From positions 1,162-65,161 of IMG/VR virus record IMGVR_UViG_3300047160_004775: a DNA stretch of 64,000 nucleotides; one strand, given 5' to 3'. Position numbers and translations under genes: made by a program. The stretch comes from a virus (taxonomy: Duplodnaviria; Caudoviricetes). Positions within the stretch are counted from its first letter, which is position 1. Each line of letters opens with the position of its first letter. Shown in pieces: positions 1 through 9,256 of this stretch. Below the pieces are notes generated by a model. The model did not search any database and had not been told where the DNA came from. It saw only the letters and a program-made list of their open reading frames with translations.

Positions 1-927
1 CCCGACAAGGCCGATTATCCTGACGCCCTCACCAACGAGGACAGCATCCGGATCGCGTTGCGCCAGGAGGGCATCGCGCTCTCAGGCACGAGCTCGTTCA
101 AGGTCGAGGACTGGCGCGACGCCGCCGAGGTCTACCTGCCCGACCGGCCCGTCTGGGCGAACGTCATGGCGGATTTCGAGCGCCGGTTGATCGGTCGCTC
201 CGCGATCACCGCCGAGGATGACTTCGCCATCCGGGCCATGCGCTCGATCGCCACGATGGACACGCCTGAGAACCAGGAGATGCGGGAGCTCCTGAGCGTG
301 GGCTCGAAGTTCCCGATCCTGTCGGAGGTCAGCGTGATCTACACCGACGACAACGGAATCCGGCACCGCGCGCGCTTCGACAAGCTGCTGCCGATCGTCA
401 CCGCAGACCTGAAGTCCATCCGCGAGTGGGAAGGTCGCACGTTGCAGAGCACGCTGGACGGCCAGATCAAGATGCTCGGCTACGATGTCCAGATGGCCGA
501 TTACCACGTGGCCCGGCAGGCCATGAACAACATGCTCCTTGAGGGCGAGCACAATCTTCACGGGGGCGCCCAGGAGGAACGAACCCACCTTCTCGCGACC
601 GCCGCATGGAACCAGACAAACCGATGGTCATGGGCGTGGGTGTGGTTCCAGAAGCCCACCAGCGCCGGCGCGGCACCGGTGCTGCTTCCCCAGCGCGAGG
701 CCTGGCAGGGCCCCTACCACATGGCGGGCTTCCGAAAGCGCCACGTCGCGCTCGAGCTCTACAAGCGCTGCATGAGGCACTTCGGCCCGGACGTGCCCTG
801 GGGACGCGTCGAGCCCGTGCACTGGCCTGATGAGGGCGCGGAGCACCGGATCCTGCTCGGCGACCGTGATTGGGGGCCGCACGACCCTGTGGCTGGCGAG
901 GCCGAGCACTTCGGCTACGCGCAATGA
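1..927 (+). CDS. PD-(D/E)XK exonuclease, RecE/ExoVIII-like (5' partial)
   Basis: Frame is open from base 1; RARFDKL...DLKS nuclease motif and YDVQMADY helix; lies upstream of a RecT-like gene. Confidence 0.7.
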   Translation, partial: PDKADYPDALTNEDSIRIALRQEGIALSGTSSFKVEDWRDAAEVYLPDRPVWANVMADFERRLIGRSAITAEDDFAIRAMRSIATMDTPENQEMRELLSVGSKFPILSEVSVIYTDDNGIRHRARFDKLLPIVTADLKSIREWEGRTLQSTLDGQIKMLGYDVQMADYHVARQAMNNMLLEGEHNLHGGAQEERTHLLATAAWNQTNRWSWAWVWFQKPTSAGAAPVLLPQREAWQGPYHMAGFRKRHVALELYKRCMRHFGPDVPWGRVEPVHWPDEGAEHRILLGDRDWGPHDPVAGEAEHFGYAQ

Positions 928-1082
928 GCAAGGACGCCGAACAACGCGCGCTGTGGCCGATCACGAGCGCCATGACCTCGTTTGCGCGAGGATCGGCTCT
1001 GTCGATCATCCTTGGCTCCCAGATGCGAGTCCGCCTTTACCCGGACGCCCAAGGCCGGATGCGAGTGCGGCTCGCCGAGTAG
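924..1082 (+). CDS. small hypothetical protein
   Basis: ATGA overlap with the upstream stop; 52 aa. Confidence 0.45.
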   Translation: MSKDAEQRALWPITSAMTSFARGSALSIILGSQMRVRLYPDAQGRMRVRLAE

Positions 1083-1086
1083 GCTC

Positions 1087-1114
1087 TTGCAACCTTCGCG
1101 CTATTCTCTACTGT
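1087..1114 (+). promoter_or_regulatory. putative sigma70 promoter
   Basis: TTGCAA-16nt-TACTGT upstream of the GGAG RBS of the 1144 ORF. Confidence 0.4.
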
Positions 1115-1143
1115 AGCGCTGGCCACGACAATGGAGACCCAGC

Positions 1144-2079
1144 ATGGACAGTGCGAACCCGCGTGAGGTGCTCGGCGGCAATCACCCGCCGCTCGATGCC
1201 CCCGACCAACTGGAGCCGCGCCTGGTCCGCGATTTCGCGCCGCTGGTCAGGGAGGCTGCGCAACTGGAACTTGATCGCTTCTCGCTCCCCGAAGCGCCGG
1301 CGACGGACGCCGAGAACGCCACGCTCAGCGACATGGTGCTGAAGCTCAAGAACCTGTCCAAGCGCATGGATGACCTGCGGATGGAGAGCGGCCGGCCCTA
1401 CCTGGACGGCCAGAAGATCGTGAACGCCTACGCCAAGACCCTGACCGAGCCGCTCGGCGCCGCAGCTGAGGAACTCACGAAGAAGGTCGGGATCTACAAC
1501 CGCGCCAAGGCCGAACGCGAAGCCGCCGAGCGCCGGGAGCAGGAGCGCCTGCAGCGTGAGGAAGCCGATCGCCTGGAGCGCGAGGCCAGGGCCAAACGCG
1601 AGGAAGCCGAAGCCCAGCAGCGCGCAGCGGACGAGGCCGCGCAGCGGATCCGGCAGGCCGCCAGCGCCGAGGAGCGCGCTGCGGCCGAGGCCGAGATGCG
1701 GCAGGCCGAAACCCACGCCGAGCTCGCCCGCGATGCTGCGGAGACGGCCTCCGAGGGCGCGGCCAAGGCCGACCGTCGGGCGGATGCCCACGGGCGGGCC
1801 GCTGACGGCGATGTGGGTAAGCTCTCGCGCGTTTCGGCTGGCGGCTCGACATCCACCATCACGACCGTCTGGGCGCACGCGATCAAGGACGCTGAAGCGC
1901 TGATGAAGAGCCTCGGACCCCTGGGGCCCTACATCTCCAACACCGAGATCAGCGCCGCGCTGAGCCGCGCCACGACCGAGCAGGCCCGCGCGGGTACGAT
2001 CGAGACCTTCGCAATCCCCGGTGTGGGCTTCCACCGCGACACCCGCACCAACATCCGTTCCGCCACGCGCGGCAAGTAG
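1144..2079 (+). CDS. coiled-coil phage protein of the recombination module
   Basis: 311 aa, long E/A/R helical region, RBS, biased codon usage. Confidence 0.75.
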   Translation: MDSANPREVLGGNHPPLDAPDQLEPRLVRDFAPLVREAAQLELDRFSLPEAPATDAENATLSDMVLKLKNLSKRMDDLRMESGRPYLDGQKIVNAYAKTLTEPLGAAAEELTKKVGIYNRAKAEREAAERREQERLQREEADRLEREARAKREEAEAQQRAADEAAQRIRQAASAEERAAAEAEMRQAETHAELARDAAETASEGAAKADRRADAHGRAADGDVGKLSRVSAGGSTSTITTVWAHAIKDAEALMKSLGPLGPYISNTEISAALSRATTEQARAGTIETFAIPGVGFHRDTRTNIRSATRGK

Positions 2080-2087
2080 GAGCCCCC

Positions 2088-3686
2088 ATGTCCGACGACG
2101 CCCATCAGACTTCGACCGCGCTCACGGTTGCGCAGCCGCGGCAGGTTCGCATCCCGGTCGAGGATGTCGTGCCGGTCTATGACACCGCGCGCTTCGAGCA
2201 GTACGGACGCATCGCCGCCGTCATGGCGCGCTCGTCCCTGGTGCCCGCCACCGTGCGCGAAGGCGACGGCGTGGCGAACTGCTTCCAGGTCGTGGAGCTC
2301 GCGGATCGTTGGGGCTACAGCCCCTTCGCCGTGGCGCAGTGCGCGAGCGTCGTGCACGGCAAGTTGATGCTCGAAGGAAAACTCGTAGCCGCAGTGCTGG
2401 AGTCGAAACTCGGCATCGAGCTTAACCACTACTACACCGGCGAGTGGGGCCAAGACGATTATCGGATCTTCGTCACGGACAGCGTTCTGACGCCAGAACA
2501 GATCGACGGCCTGAAGCCGCACATCAAGATCCCCGGCGTGAAGATCATCGACGGATCGGTAGGCGAGTGGAAGACCTGGGAAGGCAAGGGGCCGGAGAAG
2601 AAGGCCAAGGGCAACTGGCTCGCGCAGCCAGACGTGCAGCTCCAGTACCGCGGTGATCGCACCTGGGCCAGGCTGTTCAAGTCGGCCCTGATGCTCGGCG
2701 TGCTCACCGACGACGAGGTGGAGGACTTCGCCGATCGCCAGGAACCCCGGAAGCTCCTCACCGCCGGCCCTGACGTCGCCGCGCTGGACGCCGCCCGCCA
2801 GACGATGGTTCAGCCGATCACCGACCCCGCGCCCCCCAAGAGCCTGCCGGAGCCCGAACCACAGTCCGAGATCGCCGCGCCCAAACCTGCCAAAGAAGAG
2901 GCCCGTGAGGCCGATGCTGAACCTGATCCTCCCGGCGCCGCAGATGCGGAAAAGACGACCGCGCCCGCGGGCGAAGTCTATCTCCTGGCTGGCGAAGAGT
3001 CCGGCGAAGACGGCAAGCGCACCACCTACAAGAACGGCATTCCCTTCAGCCGGGCCTCCGACAAAGCCGCCGGGCGCCTGAAGACCTTCGACCTTCACGC
3101 GCCCGAGGTCGCCGAGGAAGCGCGCCCTACCGAGACGGGTTCTGCCCAAGCTGCGGAACCCCAACCGGCTACGTCGGCCTCTGCGGACCCTGTGTCCGCC
3201 GCTTCGCCGGATCCGGAGGGGTCTGGCCGGGAAGCCTCGGCCCCCGAGCCGCCGGCGCCGGAATCCGTTGAGGACGACGGGTCGGCCATGCTCGGTGGCG
3301 TGGAAGAGGAAGACGCCGTCCATCCGATGATCGCGGCGAAGATGGAGATCGACGGCGCGAACAGCGCACAGGAGATCATGGCCATCATCCAGCGCGTGGC
3401 CGCTAGCCAACCCTTCAGGGATACTGATGAAAAGGGCCGCATTCTGTTCCGCATGGCCGCGTGGGAACGGTACGTGGTGCTCAAGAACAAGGGCATCGAG
3501 GACGGCGTGGTCACGGGCAACGTGATCATCTTCGCCCTATGGGTCGAGTTCGGGGCGAAGACAAAGGCCGAGATCGACAACCTCTGGGCCACTTTCTACG
3601 TGAGCGAGGTCTACAAGGGCCTCAACGACGGCTGGAGGCGGGCTCTTGCTGTGACCATGACCAAGCGAAAGGCGGTGCTATCGTGA
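2088..3686 (+). CDS. RecT-like ssDNA annealing protein with long C-terminal extension
   Basis: ANCFQVVELADRWGYSPFAVAQ...VVHGKLMLEGKLVAAV resembles RecT-family N-termini; follows the exonuclease. Confidence 0.7.
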   Translation: MSDDAHQTSTALTVAQPRQVRIPVEDVVPVYDTARFEQYGRIAAVMARSSLVPATVREGDGVANCFQVVELADRWGYSPFAVAQCASVVHGKLMLEGKLVAAVLESKLGIELNHYYTGEWGQDDYRIFVTDSVLTPEQIDGLKPHIKIPGVKIIDGSVGEWKTWEGKGPEKKAKGNWLAQPDVQLQYRGDRTWARLFKSALMLGVLTDDEVEDFADRQEPRKLLTAGPDVAALDAARQTMVQPITDPAPPKSLPEPEPQSEIAAPKPAKEEAREADAEPDPPGAADAEKTTAPAGEVYLLAGEESGEDGKRTTYKNGIPFSRASDKAAGRLKTFDLHAPEVAEEARPTETGSAQAAEPQPATSASADPVSAASPDPEGSGREASAPEPPAPESVEDDGSAMLGGVEEEDAVHPMIAAKMEIDGANSAQEIMAIIQRVAASQPFRDTDEKGRILFRMAAWERYVVLKNKGIEDGVVTGNVIIFALWVEFGAKTKAEIDNLWATFYVSEVYKGLNDGWRRALAVTMTKRKAVLS

Positions 3687-3856
3687 GTGAAAAACCCGTC
3701 TGCTGGGGGCTCTGGGACGCCACCAACAAGAAGCTGGAGCATAAAATTTACCAACGGCAGGAAACCGCCGAGCGCGGCGCCTTGGAGCGCTCGAACCGCT
3801 GGAAGACCCTCGTTGCAGTGCCACTGTTCATGAAACCCGCGGAGCACGCGTCATGA
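3683..3856 (+). CDS. hypothetical protein
   Basis: GTGA-coupled start; 57 aa. Confidence 0.55.
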   Translation: MSEKPVCWGLWDATNKKLEHKIYQRQETAERGALERSNRWKTLVAVPLFMKPAEHAS

Positions 3857-4224
3857 GCGCCTCAGCAGCACACGCCGATGAAGCCGAGCGCCAAGCCCTG
3901 GCCGCCGCCGGGGCCGCGCTCTACGCCGCGATGGAGCGCATCGTGGATGCCAACCCGTTCTACGCCAACACGCCCCCAATCGAACGCGGGGCCTGCATCG
4001 GGCGCCTCGCGATCCAGGCCCTGGCCGACGCCGTTTGCGCCCACGTCGATGGCGGCCGACCGCAGACCTACGTGCTCGTGTCCAGCATGGGCCGCATCCT
4101 GGGCCAGATCATCTACGGGCAGCCGGGCGTGGATCCGGCTGGCGCCCTGCAGCTCCTGCAGACCGAAATGATGACCGGTCACCGGGATGTGGAAACACTA
4201 CTCAAACCCGTAGGACGGACATGA
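3853..4224 (+). CDS. hypothetical protein
   Basis: ATGA-coupled at both ends. Confidence 0.65.
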   Translation: MSASAAHADEAERQALAAAGAALYAAMERIVDANPFYANTPPIERGACIGRLAIQALADAVCAHVDGGRPQTYVLVSSMGRILGQIIYGQPGVDPAGALQLLQTEMMTGHRDVETLLKPVGRT

Positions 4225-4508
4225 TGGGTTCGACCTTCCACCGAACCTACGAGCGCGACGACCGCGACACTGAAGTCGAGGTCGAATTCTGCGTCGAGAC
4301 GTGGGGTTCGCCACCGAGCGGCGAGTTCGGCCCTCCGGAGGACTACGACCCAGGTGAAGGACCCCTCGTCGAACTCGTCCAGGCCCACACGCTGAGGCCG
4401 GACGGGAGCCACGCCGAGAAGGTCGATCTCACCCCGACCGAGATCAAGCGCATGACCGACCACTTCCTCGAAAACCCTCCGGAGCCTGCGTATCCCGATG
4501 ACGATTAA
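4221..4508 (+). CDS. acidic hypothetical protein
   Basis: ATGA-coupled start; GPPEDYDPGEG motif. Confidence 0.65.
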   Translation: MMGSTFHRTYERDDRDTEVEVEFCVETWGSPPSGEFGPPEDYDPGEGPLVELVQAHTLRPDGSHAEKVDLTPTEIKRMTDHFLENPPEPAYPDDD

Positions 4509-5178
4509 GGCGCGCCCGCTGCTCTTCAGCCGTCCGATGGTCCACGGGCTCCTCGAGGATCGCAAGACCCACACACGCCGCACGGTGAAGCACGCGGCCC
4601 TGGACTGCCTCGACAACTGCGGTTTCACGCCCGCGGACATCGCCGACCAGGCCAACGGCCTTTGCCCCTACGGATACGCCGGCGACCTGCTGTGGGTGCG
4701 CGAGACGGGCCTCCCAGCCTACAAGGCCACGCCGGCGGACTGCGGCTGGGTGTACCTCGCGGACTACGGCTACCAAGTCGGCCTGATCTCCGAGCAGGAG
4801 GCCCGGGGCTCGTGGACGTGGCGTCCGTCGATCCACATGCCGAGGATGGCATCGCGTTTGACGCTAGAGCTCGAGGAGGTCCGCATCGAGCGCCTGCAGG
4901 ACATCAGCGAGGACGACGCCAAGGCCGAAGGCATCAAACTCGACAAGGGCGTGGGGTGGTTCCAGATCCCCGGCACGCACGACTACGTCTCGACGGCGAA
5001 GAAGGCCTACGAGCTCCTATGGAGCAGGATCAACGGCCCCGAGTCATGGGCGGCCAATCCGTGGGTGTGGGTGCTGGTCTTCAAGGTCCACCACGCCAAC
5101 GTCGATACGGTGATCAAGGGGACGGCCGATCTCATCCGCGCGAAGGCCGACGCCCTGGAGGAGTTCGCGAAGCTTTAA
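4498..5178 (+). CDS. ASCH/PUA-like phage protein
   Basis: RPLLFSRPMV...KTHTRR, CPYG..GDLLWVRET, WRPSIHMPR.ASRLTLE, W.ANPWVWV motifs. Confidence 0.7.
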   Translation: MTIKARPLLFSRPMVHGLLEDRKTHTRRTVKHAALDCLDNCGFTPADIADQANGLCPYGYAGDLLWVRETGLPAYKATPADCGWVYLADYGYQVGLISEQEARGSWTWRPSIHMPRMASRLTLELEEVRIERLQDISEDDAKAEGIKLDKGVGWFQIPGTHDYVSTAKKAYELLWSRINGPESWAANPWVWVLVFKVHHANVDTVIKGTADLIRAKADALEEFAKL

Positions 5179-5235
5179 CCCCCCGTCAACCTTTCGCCGC
5201 CATTCTGCGGCCCGGTCAGCAAAGGAGCCACGACC

Positions 5236-5628
5236 ATGACCATCGACGAACAGATCGGCGCGAACCTGCGCCACCTCCGCGAGAGAGCCAAGATGAGCCA
5301 GACGGCGCTCGGCCAAGTGCTCGGCGTCACCTTCCAACAGGTCCAGAAGTACGAGGGCGGTCGCAACCGCCTGTCGCTCGCCAGCGCGCTCAAGATCGCC
5401 GGTGCGCTGGGGATCTCCATCCAGGCCCTGTCCGCCGGCGCCGCGCAGGGTTCGCAGACCTACGACGCCGGCTACCAGGACGGTTCGCGGGACGGGCGTG
5501 CGGAGGGTATCACCGAGGGCATCAGCCGGGCCCTCGCGCGTCTGCGACCTACGATCACGGAACTGGAGAAGTCGGCCTACGAGATCAAACCTGACGACAC
5601 CGTGGTGCCGATCCGGACGCACCGATAA
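5236..5628 (+). CDS. XRE-family HTH transcriptional regulator
   Basis: IGANLRHLRERAKMSQTALGQVLGVTFQQVQKYEGG.NR; AAGGAG RBS. Confidence 0.88.
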   Translation: MTIDEQIGANLRHLRERAKMSQTALGQVLGVTFQQVQKYEGGRNRLSLASALKIAGALGISIQALSAGAAQGSQTYDAGYQDGSRDGRAEGITEGISRALARLRPTITELEKSAYEIKPDDTVVPIRTHR

Positions 5629-5652
5629 TTTCGGTCGAATTTAAATTCCACG

Positions 5653-5687
5653 AAAAAGGGCCCGGAGCGCTCCGGGCCCTTTGCTTT
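5653..5687. terminator. bidirectional intrinsic terminator between the convergent arms
   Basis: Perfect 28-bp palindrome AAAGGGCCCGGAGCGCTCCGGGCCCTTT (5655-5682) flanked by A and T tracts. Confidence 0.8.
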
Positions 5688-5703
5688 GGCGCAGGAGCGG
5701 GGG

Positions 5704-6420
5704 CTACACGCCCGCGCCGCTGCCTCCCGCCCCATCCGCCCCGCCGGCAGGCGCGCCGGGCTCAGCGACCACCGGAGCGGCGGCGGCGACCACGGCGAGC
5801 GAATAGGCGCCCTGCCCCACGGTGTTGTTGGCGTCGTGGGCCTGGATCCCGAACTCGAAATCCCCGGCCGTGGTGGGCGTTCCGGAGATCGCGCCGCCAG
5901 AGCTCAGGCTCAGGCCGTCGGGCAGAGCGCCGGACAGCATCGAGAACGCCAGCGGGGCCACGCCGCCGGCGGCCGAGATCACGGCCGTGTAGGCGTCCCC
6001 GACGGTCGCCGTGGTCGGGGACAGGGCGCCGAGCACGATGGTGGTGGGATCGCCGCCGCTCGAACCACCGGGGTTCGGGTTCAGGACGCCGGCTGCGGAG
6101 TCGTCGGACGTGTTGCGGGTCTCCAGGGCCGTCACGCGGTCGGTCAGCGCCGTGAGGTCGACAGGCGCCGACGGCGCGCCCTCGAGGGCGGTCACGCGAG
6201 CCGTCAGGGAGGTCAGGTCGGACGCAGTGGCGAAGTGGGCGTCACCCTCCTCGATCGCGGTCACGCGGTCGGCCAAGGTCGTGGCGGCCTGTTCGTCGGT
6301 GGCGATCTTAGCCTCGTCGGCCTGGATCTCGGTCTTCAACTGCTGGAGCAGTTGTTGGGTCTCGGCGTCGTCACCGGCGACGCGCTCGAGCAGGTTCACG
6401 ATGATCGTGATGGCAGTCAT
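5704..6420 (-). CDS. coiled-coil plus putative Ig (He_PIG-like) domain protein
   Basis: Repeated L..RVTALE heptads; GGVAPLAFS..SGALPDGLSLSSGGAISGTPT Ig motif. Confidence 0.8.
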   Translation of the reverse strand: MTAITIIVNLLERVAGDDAETQQLLQQLKTEIQADEAKIATDEQAATTLADRVTAIEEGDAHFATASDLTSLTARVTALEGAPSAPVDLTALTDRVTALETRNTSDDSAAGVLNPNPGGSSGGDPTTIVLGALSPTTATVGDAYTAVISAAGGVAPLAFSMLSGALPDGLSLSSGGAISGTPTTAGDFEFGIQAHDANNTVGQGAYSLAVVAAAAPVVAEPGAPAGGADGAGGSGAGV

Positions 6421-6495
6421 GGGGTCTCCTTCGGATAGGCCAGCTTGGCCGGATCGGAGGAGACTACTGTTTCACGACGACAGCAAGACGCCGGA

Positions 6496-6696
6496 TCAGG
6501 AATCCAGTTGCTTCCGCAGCGCGGCGGTCTGGGCGTTCAAGGCATCCCATTCGGCCGCCGTCGGGTCGCGCCCTTCGGCCTGCATGGCCTGGAGTTGCGA
6601 CACCGTGGTGGTGATCAGGCTGCTCACCTCTTCGGTTGCCGTGATCAGCGTCGGGAGGGCCTGGAGCAGTGCGATGGCGAGCGCGAGGGCGTTCAT
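6496..6696 (-). CDS. small lysis-cassette protein with hydrophobic N-terminus
   Basis: MNALALAIALLQALPTL...GRDPTAAEWDAL; 66 aa. Confidence 0.7.
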   Translation of the reverse strand: MNALALAIALLQALPTLITATEEVSSLITTTVSQLQAMQAEGRDPTAAEWDALNAQTAALRKQLDS

Positions 6697-6698
6697 GG

Positions 6699-7073
6699 TC
6701 ACTTCACCTTGAGGGAGTTCGCGATGGTCTGGAAGGCGCTCACGGCGCTCTGCGCGGCCACGACGTCCGCCGCCAGCGTGCCGGCGTTCGTGCCGTTGCG
6801 GACCTGGGCCTGCGCGGCCTGGAGGGCGTCGTTGGCGGCCTGGTCCGCAGCCTGGATGCGCGTCACCGTCGCGGCATCGGAGCAAAGCACCGCGCCAGGG
6901 CACGGCGGCAGCATCTTGTACGCGATGGCGAGCGACAGAGCGGTGTCGTAGTCGCTCTGGATCGCGAAGACCTGCTGCGCCGGCGTGAGGGGTTTGGGCG
7001 CCGGCTGGCCGGGTTGCGTCGCGCAGGCCGCGAGGGCCGCGCAGGCGACGAAGATGAGGGCGTGGCGGATCAT
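6699..7073 (-). CDS. lipoprotein, candidate spanin component
   Basis: Signal peptide with lipobox LAAC; helical body; directly after the endolysin. Confidence 0.75.
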   Translation of the reverse strand: MIRHALIFVACAALAACATQPGQPAPKPLTPAQQVFAIQSDYDTALSLAIAYKMLPPCPGAVLCSDAATVTRIQAADQAANDALQAAQAQVRNGTNAGTLAADVVAAQSAVSAFQTIANSLKVK

Positions 7074-7082
7074 GTGGAGCTC

Positions 7083-7547
7083 CTAGCTCAGTTGGTAGTG
7101 CGGGCCATCGAGCAGCACCGGCGCGGCGTGCCGGGACTTGTAAGCCTGGACAGCAGCTTCGAGCCCCGCGGGATCGCCTGGCAGCGCGCTCATGAGGCGA
7201 TCCCACGAGCCCCCCCAAATGATCTGCACGCTCGCCTCGGCCGCCGCTTGGCGCATCGCCGCCGCGATGGGGTAGATCAGCGGCCAGTCCCAGGTCGCCG
7301 CGCCGTTCTCCCAGGGCACGAGGTCGACCGCGTGGCCGTAGCCGTCGGGCTGGACGAGGTGCTTGGAGTTCAGCGTCTTGCTCCGACCGGCGGCGACCGC
7401 AGCCTCCTCGTCCGCCAGCGTCCGCACCCCGCATGTGACGGTGAAGTCCTGCGTCGTGATCTCGATTGCGCGCTTGACCAGCGCTTCGAGGATCGGGTGG
7501 ACGCCGCCGAGGTTCCGGAGCGAAGTCGGGCCGAGGGCGAAGGTCAC
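7083..7547 (-). CDS. endolysin, M15-family (L-Ala-D-Glu-type) peptidase
   Basis: GVHP.L...GVRT...SKTLNSKHL...GHAVDL and DGPHYQL motifs; GTGA-coupled start. Confidence 0.88.
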   Translation of the reverse strand: MTFALGPTSLRNLGGVHPILEALVKRAIEITTQDFTVTCGVRTLADEEAAVAAGRSKTLNSKHLVQPDGYGHAVDLVPWENGAATWDWPLIYPIAAAMRQAAAEASVQIIWGGSWDRLMSALPGDPAGLEAAVQAYKSRHAAPVLLDGPHYQLS

Positions 7548-7735
7548 TGCGGCGGCGCCTTGCCGACCGGCGACACCAGTTGCCGGGTGATCAAACCCAG
7601 CACCGCGGCGCTGAAGGCCAGGGTCGCGCCAATCTGCTCGACGGTGAGGTGCGCCCCGAAGGCGCAGACCAGCGCGAGGCCGGCTTGGACCACCGCCTGC
7701 GCAGCGACAGGCTCGGAGCGGATGAAGGAGAGCAT
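7544..7735 (-). CDS. holin-like two-TM protein
   Basis: Two hydrophobic segments, GGAGG RBS, overlaps the endolysin start. Confidence 0.7.
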   Translation of the reverse strand: MLSFIRSEPVAAQAVVQAGLALVCAFGAHLTVEQIGATLAFSAAVLGLITRQLVSPVGKAPPQ

Positions 7736-7791
7736 GGACACCTCCGGCTCGGATATAGCCTGAGGTATGCTGCTTCGCCGTGGCGTGGCAA

Positions 7792-8076
7792 CTAGCTTCG
7801 CTGCAAGCGATCCTGCCTGAAGCGCACCGCCGGATCCGTGACGAGGGTCTCAACGAGCCGGGCCACGTCACCCCTCATGTCCCTGACGGCGGAGTCGGTG
7901 TTCCTCGTCCGCTCGTCGATCCTCGCGAGCTGCTCGCCGTAATCGGCGATCTTGGCCGTATCTTTTTCCACTTCCACGAGCCTCTGCTTGAGTTGGCCGT
8001 ATCCAATGGCCGCCCCCACCAAAGCTATAACGCCCGGCGCCGCCGTGAGGGTCATCACGATTTTCGTCCAGTCCAT
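7792..8076 (-). CDS. single-TM coiled-coil protein (holin/antiholin-like)
   Basis: N-terminal TM then LARIDERTRN coil; first gene of the lysis cassette. Confidence 0.6.
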   Translation of the reverse strand: MDWTKIVMTLTAAPGVIALVGAAIGYGQLKQRLVEVEKDTAKIADYGEQLARIDERTRNTDSAVRDMRGDVARLVETLVTDPAVRFRQDRLQRS

Positions 8077-8111
8077 TATTACCCCCGGCAGGATGGAAAA
8101 TGCCTCACGGC

Positions 8112-8291
8112 TCAACCCTCGGTCTTGCCGTAGATCAATGAAACCCGAGCGCGCCTCACGGGTGTGGGCGGCGGCGCGGGAGTGTTGGTGTTCACGATCG
8201 CGTAGATCACGAGTTTCGAGACCCCCACATCCCCCGTGGTTGTCCCCACGGCGACGAAGGGGATCATCTTGGTGACGTTTTCGGTGGCCAT
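8112..8291 (-). CDS. small virion-associated protein
   Basis: TGATG-coupled start; 59 aa. Confidence 0.55.
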   Translation of the reverse strand: MATENVTKMIPFVAVGTTTGDVGVSKLVIYAIVNTNTPAPPPTPVRRARVSLIYGKTEG

Positions 8292-9256
8292 CAGGCGATG
8301 CTCTTCATGCCGGCCTCGATCGTCGCGGCGGATGCGGGGTCCCACGTGGTCCCGGTGAACGGATTGACCGTCCAGCTGGCGCAGCAGGCCTGAAAGCCGA
8401 AATCCAGCGCGATGGTGGGGCTGAAATAGTTCGTCCCGTTGGTCCGAAGGGCGACCTGAAGATTGGCCGACGATCCGGAGGTCTTCTGCGCGCGCGCGCC
8501 GATCATGACGGCACGGACGTTGTAGGTCCCCAGGGATGCGCCGGTCTGGTAATAGGTTCCGACTTGGTTGGCCGCATCCGAAGTCACCGAAGTCGCGTCA
8601 CTGAGCACGATCTCGTTGATGTTCCCGACCGCGCCGAACCAGTCGTCATTGACCGCGCTCACCGCGTTCTCGGCAATCGTGACGAGCGAGTCTCCGATGT
8701 GGGATATCGTGTCGTGGATAATCTGTGACCAGCGCGTCGTAAAGCCCCCGATGGCGCCGAGGTACTGCACCTGGGTGATGCCGCTGAAGTCCGAGTGATC
8801 CAGGCCCGTGACCCGGAAGATGTTGGTGTTGGCCAGATAGCCTTCCGCGATGCCGGACGCGCCGGCCGCGATCCGGAATCCAAAATGGTTGAGCGTCGCG
8901 CTCACGAGGGTGAAGGACCCCACCGTGGTCATGACGCCGCCCTGCAGCGTCTGGAGGGTCCACGTCAGCGGGCCGGAGCTCACGACCTGAGCGACGACCG
9001 TCGCGCCGTTGTAGAAGAGGATCTGGTTCCCGCTGCCCCCGGAGCCGGGAAAGAAGACGCCCTGCTCCCAGAAATCCGGCGCGGCCGCCCAGGTCGGCGA
9101 CTTCATCCCCGCCGAACCCACGGACATCCCGATCGAGCACCGGGAGACCAAGGAATCGAAAGTGCCGCTCGTGGTATCTTCGATGCAGCCGTTGTCCTGC
9201 GGGTCGAAGCTGGAAAGCTCGCCGCCGCCGTGGGGAAGGACTGTATTCGCGCTCAT
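8291..9256 (-). CDS. tail/receptor-binding-associated protein (paralog of 27748-28770)
   Basis: G/S/T-rich beta protein; GGE..F N-terminus and W.VNPFTG..W C-terminus shared with the 27748 ORF. Confidence 0.7.
   Translation of the reverse strand: MSANTVLPHGGGELSSFDPQDNGCIEDTTSGTFDSLVSRCSIGMSVGSAGMKSPTWAAAPDFWEQGVFFPGSGGSGNQILFYNGATVVAQVVSSGPLTWTLQTLQGGVMTTVGSFTLVSATLNHFGFRIAAGASGIAEGYLANTNIFRVTGLDHSDFSGITQVQYLGAIGGFTTRWSQIIHDTISHIGDSLVTIAENAVSAVNDDWFGAVGNINEIVLSDATSVTSDAANQVGTYYQTGASLGTYNVRAVMIGARAQKTSGSSANLQVALRTNGTNYFSPTIALDFGFQACCASWTVNPFTGTTWDPASAATIEAGMKSIA

Noticed and set aside
5618-5646. dif/Xer site
   Set aside because: Only about half the positions match, and the conserved XerD TTATG is absent
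6120-6280. GTCACGCG partial matches to the dispersed palindrome
   Set aside because: Explained by the RVTALE peptide repeats; the right half-site is absent
6468-6476. parS half-site TGTTTCACG
   Set aside because: The second half of the palindrome is missing; single occurrence
7735-7741. Holin dual-start motif (GTG-TCC-ATG)
   Set aside because: The GTG overlaps the GGAGG RBS, so only the ATG is properly spaced
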